A stretch of DNA of 64,000 nucleotides from NCBI GenBank assembly GCA_963706955.1, contig CAVPOC010000004.1, forward strand, positions 1 through 64,000, in the 5' to 3' direction. Source of the stretch: an uncultured Verrucomicrobiae bacterium (GTDB taxonomy: Bacteria; Verrucomicrobiota; Verrucomicrobiia; Chthoniobacterales; Terrimicrobiaceae). The notes under the pieces are model-generated. The model had not been told where the DNA came from and ran no database searches. It saw nothing but the letters and a program-made list of their open reading frames with translations. Each line of letters opens with the position of its first letter. Position 1 is the stretch's first letter. The translations under genes and the position numbers were made by a program. Positions 21,729 through 33,098 of this stretch are shown here, piece by piece.

Positions 21729-22799
21729 TCAACCCCGGAGAATTACGACGTCCTCTGGCGAGACGCTCGCGAAAATTTCGCCTGTGCCAGGGCGGTTGGA
21801 AAGTCGGGGATTCATTTCGAAAATCTTCAGTTTGATCGGGCCGGCGAGGAACTGGTACTGAGCGACTTCGCCGAGGTAGACCGACTCACCGATAACTCCT
21901 TGTGTACTGTTCATTGGGCGACTCTCGGATTCGATTGTCCAGCTTTCCGGCCGAATCGAGAGGATCACCGGCTCGTTCGGTCTGGGTCTCCAAGCGGGAT
22001 CGCTAACGGATCCCTCGAATCGTCCAATCGGGGTATCTACAATCGCCGTGCCACCGTTGGACGAAACGGTCGTGCCAGCGATGAAGTTGGTCTCTCCGAT
22101 GAAATCAGCAATCACCCGCGACCTCGGACGGCGATAGACTTCCTCCGGGCGACCGACCTGCGCGATCTTTCCGCTCTCGAGAATGGCCATCCGATCGGAA
22201 ATCGAGAGAGCTTCTTTTTGGTCGTGTGTCACGTAGATTGCGGTCAGCTGCGACTCTTTGCAGACGCGCCGAATTTCAGCGCGCATTTCGAGACGCAACT
22301 TCGCATCCAAGTTCGAGAGGGGCTCGTCGAGGAGGAGAGCGCGCGGGCGGATGACGAGAGCGCGCGCCAGAGCGACACGTTGCTGTTGACCGCCCGAGAG
22401 CTGCGCAATGCGCCGATCGGCGTAGGCCTCCATTCTCACCGAGGAAAGAGCCTCTCGCACGCGTCGTTCCCTCTCTGGTGCCGGCACCCGGCGCTCTTCC
22501 AAGCCGAAGGCAACATTTCCCGCGACCGTCATATGCGGCCAAAGCGCATAGCTCTGGAACATCATCGCCGTGTTGCGGCGATGGGGGGGTAGCGCAGTAA
22601 TGTCTTCATCGTCGAAGAGGATACGTCCGGCATCGGGCGAGTAAAAGCCCGCCACCGTGCGGAGCAGCGTTGTCTTCCCGCAACCGCTTGGACCCAGCAA
22701 AAAAAAGACCTCGCCTGCTTCGATCTTGAGAGTGATGCCGTCGAGCGCGGTGTGCTCGCCGAACTTCTTCACCAAGTTTTCGATCGTGATTGATATCAT
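21729..22799 (-). CDS. ABC transporter ATP-binding protein (FbpC/PotA class, TOBE domain)
   Basis: GPSGCGKTT, LSGGQQQR, LLDEP and VTHDQ motifs. Confidence 0.93.
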   Translation of the reverse strand: MISITIENLVKKFGEHTALDGITLKIEAGEVFFLLGPSGCGKTTLLRTVAGFYSPDAGRILFDDEDITALPPHRRNTAMMFQSYALWPHMTVAGNVAFGLEERRVPAPERERRVREALSSVRMEAYADRRIAQLSGGQQQRVALARALVIRPRALLLDEPLSNLDAKLRLEMRAEIRRVCKESQLTAIYVTHDQKEALSISDRMAILESGKIAQVGRPEEVYRRPRSRVIADFIGETNFIAGTTVSSNGGTAIVDTPIGRFEGSVSDPAWRPRPNEPVILSIRPESWTIESESRPMNSTQGVIGESVYLGEVAQYQFLAGPIKLKIFEMNPRLSNRPGTGEIFASVSPEDVVILRG

Positions 22800-22922
22800 C
22801 GGGCTTGCCTTTGGCTAATGCCTGGACGGATTTTCAGCAATGGTTGACTGGCGCGGAAAGAAGCGAGGTCCGGCTTAGTTTTTGCTCGCGCAACCGCCAG
22901 CACATCGGCAATCTGCCCGCCC

Positions 22923-23837
22923 ATGTCGGTGTTGGTTGTTGGCTCGATTGCCTTGGATGATATCAAGACTCCGCTCGAGGAGCATAGGGAAATGCTGGGA
23001 GGTTCGGCTTCGTACGGGTGCGTCGCGGCCAGCTTCTACAGTTCGGTGAACTTGGTGGGCATAGTCGGAGAGGACTTTCCCAGCGAACACGTCGAATTCT
23101 TCAAGCGACGCAATGTCGACCTCGCCGGATTGAAAATCGCTCCGGGCAAGACCTTTCGCTGGTCGGGCGAATACATGTGGGATTTAAACGTTCGCGAAAC
23201 GCGATCGGTCGCTCTCAACGTCTTCGAACATTTCACTCCAACGCTGCCAGCGAAATACCAGGAGACTCCCATCGTGCTTCTTGGCAACATCGCACCGGAT
23301 TTGCAGCATCATGTGCTCGACCAGGTCCGACTTCCGCGGTTCGTTATTGCCGACACGATGGATCTTTGGATCAACATTGCTCGGCAACGGCTCGTCGAAT
23401 TGTTGGGCCGCATTCACTTGCTCATCCTTAACGATGGCGAAGCGCGCCAATTGACGGGCGAAACCAGTCTGATCAAGGCGGCACGAAAGCTTCGCGACAT
23501 GGGTCCGGAGTACGTTGCCGTCAAAAAGGGTGAACATGGCTGCTTGTTGTTTGGTCCAGATAACCAGTTTTTTAGCTGTCCCGCTTATCCATTGGAAGAC
23601 ATCCATGATCCCACCGGGGCCGGCGATGCTTTTGCCGGTGGACTCGCCGGATACCTGGCCAGGGATGGAGAGGAAGTCCAGTTTTCGACGCTCAGGCGGG
23701 CGGTGGTCCATGGGAGCGTCTTGGCAAGTTATTGCGTGGAGGCGTTCAGTCTGGAGCGACTGAAGACCCTCACTGCTGATCAAATTGCTGGTCGCTACGA
23801 GATGTTTCACCGCCTGAGCCAGTTCGATGCAGGATAG
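22923..23837 (+). CDS. PfkB family carbohydrate kinase
   Basis: GSIALD, GGSA, LNDGEA, KKGEHG and DPTGAGDAFAGG motifs. Confidence 0.9.
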   Translation: MSVLVVGSIALDDIKTPLEEHREMLGGSASYGCVAASFYSSVNLVGIVGEDFPSEHVEFFKRRNVDLAGLKIAPGKTFRWSGEYMWDLNVRETRSVALNVFEHFTPTLPAKYQETPIVLLGNIAPDLQHHVLDQVRLPRFVIADTMDLWINIARQRLVELLGRIHLLILNDGEARQLTGETSLIKAARKLRDMGPEYVAVKKGEHGCLLFGPDNQFFSCPAYPLEDIHDPTGAGDAFAGGLAGYLARDGEEVQFSTLRRAVVHGSVLASYCVEAFSLERLKTLTADQIAGRYEMFHRLSQFDAG

Positions 23838-23926
23838 CGTGCGCTTGCTTTCATGGCTCAGATCTCCGCCAGATAGACGTCGCGCTGGCATCCGGCTTTC
23901 GCCAAACGGTCATTGACGGTGCTTCG

Positions 23927-24865
23927 ATGAAAGTTTTGATCACTGGCGGCGCGGGCTTCATCGGCAGCCATCTGGCCGTGGCTTTGCAGAAGCGCGCGAC
24001 GGTGCGGATACTCGACAATCTTCGCACTGGAGATCATCGGAGACTCGAAAGGTGCAATGTCGATTTCGTAAAAGCCAGCGTCCTCGACACCGCCGCCCTG
24101 CGGAGTGCCCTGTCCGGAGTGGAGGTTGTCTTTCACCTCGCCGCCATGGTGGGAGTGCAGGAGTCGATGGATAATCCTCGGGGCTGCATTGAGACGAACG
24201 TGATCGGCACTTTCAATGTCCTCGAAGCTGCCGCTGCGGCCGGAGTGCGCAAGCTCGTCTTTGCCAGCTCGGCGGCAATCTACGGAGATGACCCGCCCGT
24301 ACCGACCTCGGAGACGGCCTCTCCCAACCCGAAGAGTCCTTACGCGATCACCAAGCTAGATGGCGAGTATTTGTGTGAAATGTTCCGACGGGAGGGACGC
24401 CTCAAAACAGCAGCCCTTCGTTTCTTCAACGTCTTTGGACCGGGACAGGATCCGGCGAGCGCCTACGCGGCTGCTCTTCCGACGTTCCTTCGGCGTGCGA
24501 TATGCGGAGAAGAGGTGACGATCTTCGGCGACGGCCAGCAAACCCGCGACTTCGTCTATGTGAATGACATCGTGTCGAGTCTGCTGTTCGTCGCCGAGAA
24601 CAGCGATCTGACCGGCGCATATAACTGTGGTTACGGTCAGCAAACAACCATCAACGAAATCGCCAACCGGATCTTGGCGTTGACCCAATCCGAGTCGCGA
24701 CTCGTCCATTTGCCCGCTCGAGCTGGGGATGTCCGGCACTCCTGCGCATCAACCGAGAGGCTGCGTGCCTCTGGGTGGCGGCCCGTAAGCGGCCTGGAGG
24801 AGGGCTTGAGGGAGACGGTCGAGGCATTCCGCCTGGAATTTCTCGAGAGGATGAGAAGCTCATGA
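23927..24865 (+). CDS. NAD-dependent epimerase/dehydratase (UDP-sugar 4-epimerase-like)
   Basis: TGGAGFIGSH, ASSAAIYG, YAITK (YxxxK), RFFNVFGP and RDFVYV motifs. Confidence 0.9.
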   Translation: MKVLITGGAGFIGSHLAVALQKRATVRILDNLRTGDHRRLERCNVDFVKASVLDTAALRSALSGVEVVFHLAAMVGVQESMDNPRGCIETNVIGTFNVLEAAAAAGVRKLVFASSAAIYGDDPPVPTSETASPNPKSPYAITKLDGEYLCEMFRREGRLKTAALRFFNVFGPGQDPASAYAAALPTFLRRAICGEEVTIFGDGQQTRDFVYVNDIVSSLLFVAENSDLTGAYNCGYGQQTTINEIANRILALTQSESRLVHLPARAGDVRHSCASTERLRASGWRPVSGLEEGLRETVEAFRLEFLERMRSS

Positions 24866-24954
24866 TCATTAACTTCGTTGTTCCTCTCAGAGCAAACGGG
24901 CAGCCTGCCCGCCGCCGTCAGTTTATTGCCGCCTATCGGTCATTCAAAGCCATT

Positions 24955-25176
24955 TCAAGGAGGAGGAACCGTGGAGCCCTCCAGCGCGGGAGCCTGATTG
25001 CCAACGTAGCCAATGCGGCCGTGTTCGCGCGAAAATTCCGAATCGCGTTTTAGTTGCTCTTGTCGTTCCATTCGGGCACGCTGCTTCGCCGTGTCGCTCA
25101 TGGTTGGGGAAGGATCAGTCGCGCATCCTAGCACCAACGCACAAAACATACCGCCGAGAATTCCATACGAACTCAT
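24955..25176 (-). CDS. Small putative lipoprotein (73 aa)
   Basis: MSSYGILGGMFCALVLGC: a hydrophobic stretch ending in a lipobox. No family recognised. Confidence 0.45.
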   Translation of the reverse strand: MSSYGILGGMFCALVLGCATDPSPTMSDTAKQRARMERQEQLKRDSEFSREHGRIGYVGNQAPALEGSTVPPP

Positions 25177-25333
25177 GAAGACGATACGCTCGGGACAGCC
25201 ATGTGGTTTCTCATTTGTCCTCTGGGTTCGCGACCGATCAGCTAGCATGACCGTGACGCTCGCAGCATTGAGGCAAGCGTTGCGGGCCTTCAAGGCCAGC
25301 GCGAACTCGCAATCCGTCGCGTCGGGAACGCTA

Positions 25334-25407
25334 TGTAGTTATAGCGACGATCTCCGCATCGTCGTGGGCTCGGCGGTGGGGACACCGCCGCTACAGCTAC
25401 AGCTGCA
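25334..25407. repeat. GTAG-type REP doublet (REPIN-like), copy 2
   Basis: tgtagttatagCGACGATctccgcATCGTCG ... CGGCGGTGgggaCACCGCCGctacagctaca, just downstream of tpiA. Confidence 0.78.
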
Positions 25408-25421
25408 AACGCGCGCTGCGG

Positions 25422-26186
25422 TTATGCTGGCTGGCCGGCTTTGGCGATCTCCGCGAAACTGCGAACTTCGAGGCTGGCGCCGCCGACCAACGCTCCATCA
25501 ATATCCGGCTGGCCGAGCAGCTCCTTGGCGTTGGCCGGCTTCACACTGCCGCCATATTGGATGCGAACCTTGTCAGCCGTGGCCTTGTCAGAGAGCGCTT
25601 CGAGCACTGAGCGGACGTGCGCGTGGGCGTCCTGCGCTTGTTCGGAGGTCGCCGTTTTTCCAGTTCCGATGGCCCAGACCGGTTCGTAGGCGATGACGGT
25701 TTCGCTGAGTTGCTCCGGGCTCACACCGGCCAATCCGCCGCGCAATTGCGTCTCCAGCACCTGCTTTTCTTGGCCGGCTTCGCGTTCGTCGAGGGTTTCG
25801 CCCACGCAGAGGATCGGTTTCAACTCGTTGGCATGCGCGGCGAGCACCTTCTTGTTGATGAGCGAGTCCGTCTCGCCAAAGATTTGACGTCGCTCACTGT
25901 GACCGATGATCACGTACTTGACGAAGAGCTCCCGGAGCATCGTCGCGCTGATCTCGCCAGTGTAGGCGCCCGACTTCTCGAAATAAAAGTTCTGCGCTCC
26001 GAGGCGGATTTTTTGCGAGCCGCCAAGGAGCTCCGACAACTTGGAAAGGGCAGTGAACGGAGGCGCGATGACAATCTCGACGGCAGAAACCTCCTCGACT
26101 TCGCGTCGGAAAGCGTCATGAAAGTTCTGAGTCTCTGCGACCGTCATGTTCATCTTCCAGTTCGCGGCGATGATTTGTTTGCGCAT
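25422..26186 (-). CDS. tpiA: Triosephosphate isomerase
   Basis: ANWKMN, IGHSERR, AYEPVWAIGTGK, YGGSVK and DGALVGGASL motifs. Confidence 0.98.
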   Translation of the reverse strand: MRKQIIAANWKMNMTVAETQNFHDAFRREVEEVSAVEIVIAPPFTALSKLSELLGGSQKIRLGAQNFYFEKSGAYTGEISATMLRELFVKYVIIGHSERRQIFGETDSLINKKVLAAHANELKPILCVGETLDEREAGQEKQVLETQLRGGLAGVSPEQLSETVIAYEPVWAIGTGKTATSEQAQDAHAHVRSVLEALSDKATADKVRIQYGGSVKPANAKELLGQPDIDGALVGGASLEVRSFAEIAKAGQPA

Positions 26187-26254
26187 GAGAATGATTAGGG
26201 GGTTATAGGTTTAGCAGGCGGGTTGGCTACCTCGCCACTCTTCCGGTAAGAAAA

Positions 26255-27496
26255 CTATTTCTCGTTCAAGTTGGCAACGCCCGGCAGCGTCTTGCCTTCG
26301 AGCAGTTCTAAAGAAGCACCTCCACCGGTGGAAGCGTGGCTGACCTTGTCCACCACTTTGAACTTCTTTGCAGCCGTGGCGGTATCGCCGCCACCCACCA
26401 CGGAGACGGCGCCGGCGCTTGTTGCCGCGGCAATGGCTTCCGCCATATCCTTGGTGCCTTCGGCGAAGCGATCAAATTCAAACACTCCAGGGGGTCCATT
26501 CCAAATGATCGTTTTTGCTCGCGCGATCACATCCGCGAAGAGCTTTCGGCTCTTGGGGCCGACATCGAGGCCTATCCAGCCTTTGGGAATGCCTTCCTTG
26601 TCCTCCACCGCTCGGGTTTGCGCATTCGCGTCGAACTTGTCGCCGCAGACGAAATCGACTGGCAGGTGGATCTTCACGCCTTTCTCCTTGGCCTTGTCCA
26701 TCAGCTCGCCGACGATCTTGGCTCCTTCGGGATCGAAGAGACTCTCACCGATTTCCATGCCCTCAAGCACCTTCTTGAATGTGAAGGTCATTCCACCTCC
26801 GATGATAATCTCGTCGGCCTTGTCGAGGAGGTTTCTAATCAGGGGAATCTTGTCGGCCACCTTGGCTCCGCCGAGGATGGCAAGCACCGGTCGCTTCGGG
26901 TTCTCGAGAACCGATCCAAAGGCATCGAGTTCCTTCTGCATGAGAAACCCAGCGACCTTCTCCGGCAAATCTACGCCGACCACGGACGAGTGTGCGCGAT
27001 GCGCGGTGCCAAAGGCGTCGTTCACGTAGACGTCGCCCAGCTTCGTCAGCGAAGCGCGGAAGGCCTCAACTTTTTCCGGTTCAGCCTTCGTCTTGCTCCC
27101 ATCCTTGTTCTTCACTTTGCCTTCCTCTTCGATGTGGAAGCGAAGGTTTTCGAGCAGGACGACTTCTCCTGGTTTGAGCGCCGCGCACGCGGCCTCCACC
27201 TCCGGGCCGACACAGTCATTCAGGAACTTTACCGGCTTGCCGAGGAGCTCCTCCAATTTCTTGGCCACCGGCTTGAGGGAGAATTTCTCGACCCGTTTTC
27301 CATCGGGCCTGCCAAGGTGGCTCATCAGGACGACCGAACCGCCCTGTTCCAGGATGTATTTGATTGTCGGCAGCGCGGCAACGATGCGCGCGGGGTTGGT
27401 GATCTCGCCCGTTTCTTTGTCCTGAGGGACGTTGAAGTCGACCCTCATGACGACGCGACGCCCTTTCAGCGGGACTTCGTTGATGGACTTTTTCAT
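26255..27496 (-). CDS. pgk: Phosphoglycerate kinase
   Basis: [41 protein letters not shown] and [13 protein letters not shown] motifs. Confidence 0.98.
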   Translation of the reverse strand: MKKSINEVPLKGRRVVMRVDFNVPQDKETGEITNPARIVAALPTIKYILEQGGSVVLMSHLGRPDGKRVEKFSLKPVAKKLEELLGKPVKFLNDCVGPEVEAACAALKPGEVVLLENLRFHIEEEGKVKNKDGSKTKAEPEKVEAFRASLTKLGDVYVNDAFGTAHRAHSSVVGVDLPEKVAGFLMQKELDAFGSVLENPKRPVLAILGGAKVADKIPLIRNLLDKADEIIIGGGMTFTFKKVLEGMEIGESLFDPEGAKIVGELMDKAKEKGVKIHLPVDFVCGDKFDANAQTRAVEDKEGIPKGWIGLDVGPKSRKLFADVIARAKTIIWNGPPGVFEFDRFAEGTKDMAEAIAAATSAGAVSVVGGGDTATAAKKFKVVDKVSHASTGGGASLELLEGKTLPGVANLNEK

Positions 27497-27518
27497 AAGA
27501 AATTCGCGTGGCGAATTT

Positions 27519-28616
<1,098 letters not shown>

Positions 28617-28619
28617 CCA

Positions 28620-29144
28620 TCAAAAGCGACGATATCTCCGCAAAGCTTCTTCGAGCAAAGTTTGGGCTGCTTCGTCGTGACTAAGTCGGGAGGAATCCAC
28701 TCGAAAATCCGCGGCCATCTCGTAGAGATTGCGTCGGACGCCTAGGAGTTCATCGAAGGTCCCCTTTGGGTCATCGGTCTGAAGAAGGGGGCGCCTGCCA
28801 CTGCGCATGGCCCGTTCAAAGAGGATCTCCGGGTCGGCATCCAACCAAGCGACAATGCCGATCCTCTTCAGCGTTTCGCGGTTCGCGGGACGAAGCACAA
28901 GACCTCCTCCGGTCGAGAGAACGATGCCGCAGACTCCTACCAAATCTTCGAGTGCCCGCTGTTCCAAGTCTCGAAAGTAACTTTCTCCACGCTGGGAGAA
29001 AATCTCAGAGATGCTGCGACCATCAGATTGCGTAATGAGTTCATCTAAATCGACAAAGCGGTGACCAGTGAGCCCGGAGAGACGGCGACCCACCGACGAT
29101 TTCCCGCAGCCCATGAATCCGATGAGAACGAGGTTGGGAAGCAC
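28620..29144 (-). CDS. aroK: Shikimate kinase
   Basis: IGFMGCGKSSVG, DLD, GESYFRDLE, STGGG and RPLL motifs. Confidence 0.95.
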   Translation of the reverse strand: MLPNLVLIGFMGCGKSSVGRRLSGLTGHRFVDLDELITQSDGRSISEIFSQRGESYFRDLEQRALEDLVGVCGIVLSTGGGLVLRPANRETLKRIGIVAWLDADPEILFERAMRSGRRPLLQTDDPKGTFDELLGVRRNLYEMAADFRVDSSRLSHDEAAQTLLEEALRRYRRF

Positions 29145-29148
29145 CCCG

Positions 29149-29352
29149 TCAAATTCTCACAACATTCTTCGCGCGTGAACCCTTTTGATGTTCGTCCAGT
29201 TCGTATTCGACCTCCTCACCCTCCTTGAGCGTTTTAAACCCCGAGGTCGCGATCGCTGAAAAATGCACAAAGACATCACCGCTCACCGCTGGATCGATGA
29301 TAAACCCGAACCCCTTCTTTTCGTTAAACCACTTTACTGTTCCTCTCGCCAT
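29149..29352 (-). CDS. Cold-shock domain protein
   Basis: [15 protein letters not shown] (RNP1), DVFVHFSAI (RNP2) and GFKTLKEG. Confidence 0.95.
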   Translation of the reverse strand: MARGTVKWFNEKKGFGFIIDPAVSGDVFVHFSAIATSGFKTLKEGEEVEYELDEHQKGSRAKNVVRI

Positions 29353-29457
29353 ACACTTCTGATAATTCTCTGCGACTCGATCGAAGTGGCGCCATGGCAT
29401 CTGCTGTTAAGCTCGAGGTGCCACATCGACCCTTCGCAATACCAATCGTCACCCAAA

Positions 29458-29961
29458 ATGGAGCAAACTTCGGGCCAATCCCCCTTAGTTGGCGTGGTTA
29501 TGGGAAGCAGGTCCGATTGGGAAACGATGCGAGAAGCCTCCAAACTGCTCTTCATGCTTGCCGTTCCCCATGAGTGCAAGGTCGTCTCGGCGCACCGCAC
29601 ACCTGACCGGATGAACGACTATGCGAAGAAGGCGGCAGAACGAGGACTCAAAGCTATTATCGCGGGAGCGGGAGGCGCGGCGCATCTACCGGGGATGCTC
29701 GCGGCGCACACCGTTGTGCCGGTCCTCGGAGTTCCGATTCAAAGTCGCGCACTCAGCGGAATGGATTCATTGCTTTCCATCGTGCAAATGCCTGCTGGAG
29801 TTCCAGTTGCAACATTCGCAATCGGCGTAGCGGGGGCAAAAAACGCAGCACTCTTTGCGGCCGCGCTCCTTGCGGACACGCATCCGGCCATCGGAGAGGC
29901 GTTAAAGGCCTTTCGTCGCCAACAGACTCAGGACGCGCTCGACAGCGAATTGGAAGCTTGA
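29458..29961 (+). CDS. purE: N5-carboxyaminoimidazole ribonucleotide mutase
   Basis: [25 protein letters not shown] and [13 protein letters not shown] motifs. Confidence 0.97.
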   Translation: MEQTSGQSPLVGVVMGSRSDWETMREASKLLFMLAVPHECKVVSAHRTPDRMNDYAKKAAERGLKAIIAGAGGAAHLPGMLAAHTVVPVLGVPIQSRALSGMDSLLSIVQMPAGVPVATFAIGVAGAKNAALFAAALLADTHPAIGEALKAFRRQQTQDALDSELEA

Positions 29962-30922
29962 AGACCCGGGTTCTCGCTGCTCCCGAGGGACTTGAGACAG
30001 CCGCCAGGCTTCTTGCCGCCGGACAGCTCGTTGCTCTGCCCACAGAAACCGTTTATGGACTTGGTGCAGCCGCTCTCGATCCATTGGCTTGTGCCCGGAT
30101 TTTCGAGGTAAAGGAGCGGCCGCTAAGTGATCCACTGATCGTCCATCTTCCTGATAGCCAATGGTTGGACCGCTTGGGCCGACCAAATCCATTGGCCATT
30201 CGGCTCGCGAAGGAGTTTTGGCCGGGTCCGCTCACCCTGGTTCTGCCGCGCCAGAATCTGGTTCCGGATCTTGTGACGGCCGGCCAGACGACTGTGGCGC
30301 TGCGGATGAGTGCACATCCGGTCTTCGCGGAAATTTCACGGATCTATGGCCAACCGATCGCCGCTCCAAGCGCGAATCGCTTTGGCCGAATCAGCCCAAC
30401 CAATGCGTCGCACGTGCTGACCGAGCTGGGAGATCGAATTCCTCTGATCATCGACGGAGGCCCCTGTCTGCACGGCATCGAATCCACCATCGTGCGCGTT
30501 CACGAGCATGGTGTGGAAATTTTGAGACACGGGCCAGTCACCAAGGAGCGATTGTCTGAATTCGGTGCTGTCTTGCCGCCCCGGGACGGCACGGTGGCCC
30601 CGGGATCGATGCAAAGCCACTACGCCCCGCAAACCCCGCTCGTCGTGCTGGGAAAACTTGGCGCGAACTGCCTGGCGAAAGAAAAGCCGATTTCCCCAGA
30701 AGGACGGGCTTTCTTCTTTGGTCGTTATCAGGGGAAGGACTTCGTTTCGTCGAGCATCTGAGCACCAGGCAGGATCTTCGGGAAGCTGCGGCGAACCTGT
30801 ATGGCGCGTTGCGGCGCCTGGACGAAGCGCGTCTGGAGTTGATTGTTGCCGAGCCTGTCCCTGAGACGGGCTTGGGCGTTGCGATCATGGAGCGTTTACG
30901 CAAGGCTGCGGCCCGTGAATGA
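29958..30922 (+). CDS. sua5: L-threonylcarbamoyladenylate synthase, Sua5 type (apparent indels at about 30640-30740)
   Basis: [32 protein letters not shown] and [11 protein letters not shown]. The SUA5 C-domain continues in another frame ([13 protein letters not shown]...[14 protein letters not shown]). Confidence 0.9.
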
Positions 30923-32492
30923 CGGGCGCAAACTAAACACACGAGCAAGCGGTGTGATTGCCGTGGCAGTATTGTGCTCGCGTGTTCTTGGATTGATCCG
31001 TGAGATGCTCTTCGCCGGTCTATTCGGATCCGCTCTGATGGGCGTTTTTACAATCGCCTTTCGCGCCCCCAATTTGCTTCGCGACCTTTTTGCGGAAGGC
31101 GCGCTTTCGACGGCCTTCATCACTGTCTTCTCGCAAAAGATCGAGAAGGAGGGGGAGCGGTCTGCCTGGGCGCTCGCGTCCAAAATGATGACGCTGGCGA
31201 CGATCTTCATGAGCCTGATCAGCTTGCTTGGGGTGCTCTTCGCGAAACAGCTCATCGACATACTTGCTCCTGGTTTCGCGCCCGAGGATGCCAAGCTGAC
31301 GACGTATCTCACCCAGATCATGTACCCCTTCATTCTGCTGGTCTCGCTGGCCGCGCTGGTGATGGGCATGCTCAACGCCAGGAACGTATTTGGCGTGCCG
31401 GCGATGGCATCCAGTTTTTTCAACATTGGGTCGATCGCTGGTGGGGTTTTCTTCGGGTGGCTCTTCGATCCAGGTTTCGGCGAGAGGGCCCTCACCGGCC
31501 TTGCCATTGGCACTCTGGTCGGAGGCTTCCTGCAACTCGCGGTCCAACTTCCGAGCTTGCGCAAGGTCGGCTACAGTTTTCGTCCTGATTTTCGATGGCG
31601 AGATCCGGGCATTCGCAAGATTCTCGTCCTGATGGTGCCTTCGGTGATCGCTGCCAGCGCCGTTCAGATCAACGTGGTGGTAAACAGCGGCTTCGCGTCG
31701 TTTCTCGGAAAGGAGGCTGTCTCGTGGTTGAATTTTGCATTTCGACTGATGCAACTTCCCATCGGAGTTTTCGGCGTCGCCGTGGCGACCATCACGCTGC
31801 CGGTCGTCTCGCGAATTGCCGCGCATGCAGATCGCTCCGAGTTTGGGCCGACTCTGGGAAAGGCCCTGCGCCTCGCCATCTTCTTGACCTTGCCTTCTGC
31901 TGTCGGCCTCTACTTTCTCGCGCAGCCTCTCATCGGCATCATCTACGAACGGGGAGAGTTCAGGCATGCCGACACCGTGCAAACGGGACTTGCCCTGCAG
32001 TTCTACTCGTTAGGTCTCGTCGCATATTCCTGCATCAAGGTGCTCTCACCAGCGTTTTACGCCATCGACAAGAAATGGACGCCCATGTGGGTGAGTTTTG
32101 CAGCCATCGCCTTGAATTTTTGCCTCAACTATCTCTTCATCTTTCGTCTCGGTTTGGGACACCGGGGACTCGCTCTCGCCACAGCGATTTCGGCCGGGGC
32201 AAATTTCCTGACGCTTTATCTTCTCATGCTTCGTAGCGAGCAGAGCCTGGAGACCGGGCGCCTTCTCGGCGCCCTCGTCCGCTGCGGCCTGGCCTCGCTT
32301 GCTCTCGGTTTCGTGTGCTGGCTTGCGCTCGTTCAAGGAGCTTCCTGGTTCGAGGCAACGGAGCTCTGGCGGAAGGTTGCGGCGCTTTTTGGGGTGGTAG
32401 CGTGTGCGGGTGCCGTCTACTTAGTCGCATGCTTTGCGCTACGAGTTGAGGAAGTAACGACCTTTTGGCGGTTGGTATCCGCGAAAGCTTAA
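30915..32492 (+). CDS. murJ: Lipid II flippase MurJ (MviN)
   Basis: SRVLGLIRE, FRAPNLLRDLFAEGALSTAF and RLMQLPIGVFGVA motifs; multi-TM protein. Confidence 0.95.
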   Translation: MNDGRKLNTRASGVIAVAVLCSRVLGLIREMLFAGLFGSALMGVFTIAFRAPNLLRDLFAEGALSTAFITVFSQKIEKEGERSAWALASKMMTLATIFMSLISLLGVLFAKQLIDILAPGFAPEDAKLTTYLTQIMYPFILLVSLAALVMGMLNARNVFGVPAMASSFFNIGSIAGGVFFGWLFDPGFGERALTGLAIGTLVGGFLQLAVQLPSLRKVGYSFRPDFRWRDPGIRKILVLMVPSVIAASAVQINVVVNSGFASFLGKEAVSWLNFAFRLMQLPIGVFGVAVATITLPVVSRIAAHADRSEFGPTLGKALRLAIFLTLPSAVGLYFLAQPLIGIIYERGEFRHADTVQTGLALQFYSLGLVAYSCIKVLSPAFYAIDKKWTPMWVSFAAIALNFCLNYLFIFRLGLGHRGLALATAISAGANFLTLYLLMLRSEQSLETGRLLGALVRCGLASLALGFVCWLALVQGASWFEATELWRKVAALFGVVACAGAVYLVACFALRVEEVTTFWRLVSAKA

Positions 32493-32588
32493 ACGTCGCG
32501 CAAAGTAGCGAAGCCGGTGGACTTTTCTCTGCCCCGTCAAAAAAAGCTCCTAATAAATCGCGGGCCGCAGCGTTGACTCAGTAGACGC

Positions 32589-33098
32589 ATGTCCCCGGAG
32601 GAGATCATCGACCTTGCACTGGAACGCTACGAGCGTCCGCTCATCAGCTACGCGAGAACGATCACCAATGATTTGGAGTCTGCCCGAGACGCCGTGCAAG
32701 AGACGTTTCTCCGTCTCAGCAGGCAGGACATCAAAGCCTTGGAACCGCGACTTGCGCCATGGCTGTATTTCGTTTGTCGCAATTGCGCGCTTGATCACCT
32801 TCGAAAGATCGTGCGCTTTTCAACCCAGCCGATCGATGAGGAATTGCCCGCGGAGACTGCAAACCCGGCCGTCGAAGTGGCAGTTGCCGAAGACACCGAG
32901 CGCCTCAAATGGATGATTGCTCAACTGCCCCAGCAGCAGCGCGAGCTGATTCACCTAAAGTTCGAGGCAGGTCTCGCCTACAAGGAAATTGCCGAAACGA
33001 TGTGCATGAGTGTTTCGAGCGTCGGCGTGCAGCTTCACACGGCGCTCCAGACGTTGCGCCGGCTTTGGAGACGGGAAAACATAGGAGTGACCTCATGA
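32589..33098 (+). CDS. ECF RNA polymerase sigma factor
   Basis: Region 2 ARDAVQETFLRL...WLYFVCRN; region 4 LPQQQRELIHLKF..GLAYKEIAE. Confidence 0.92.
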   Translation: MSPEEIIDLALERYERPLISYARTITNDLESARDAVQETFLRLSRQDIKALEPRLAPWLYFVCRNCALDHLRKIVRFSTQPIDEELPAETANPAVEVAVAEDTERLKWMIAQLPQQQRELIHLKFEAGLAYKEIAETMCMSVSSVGVQLHTALQTLRRLWRRENIGVTS

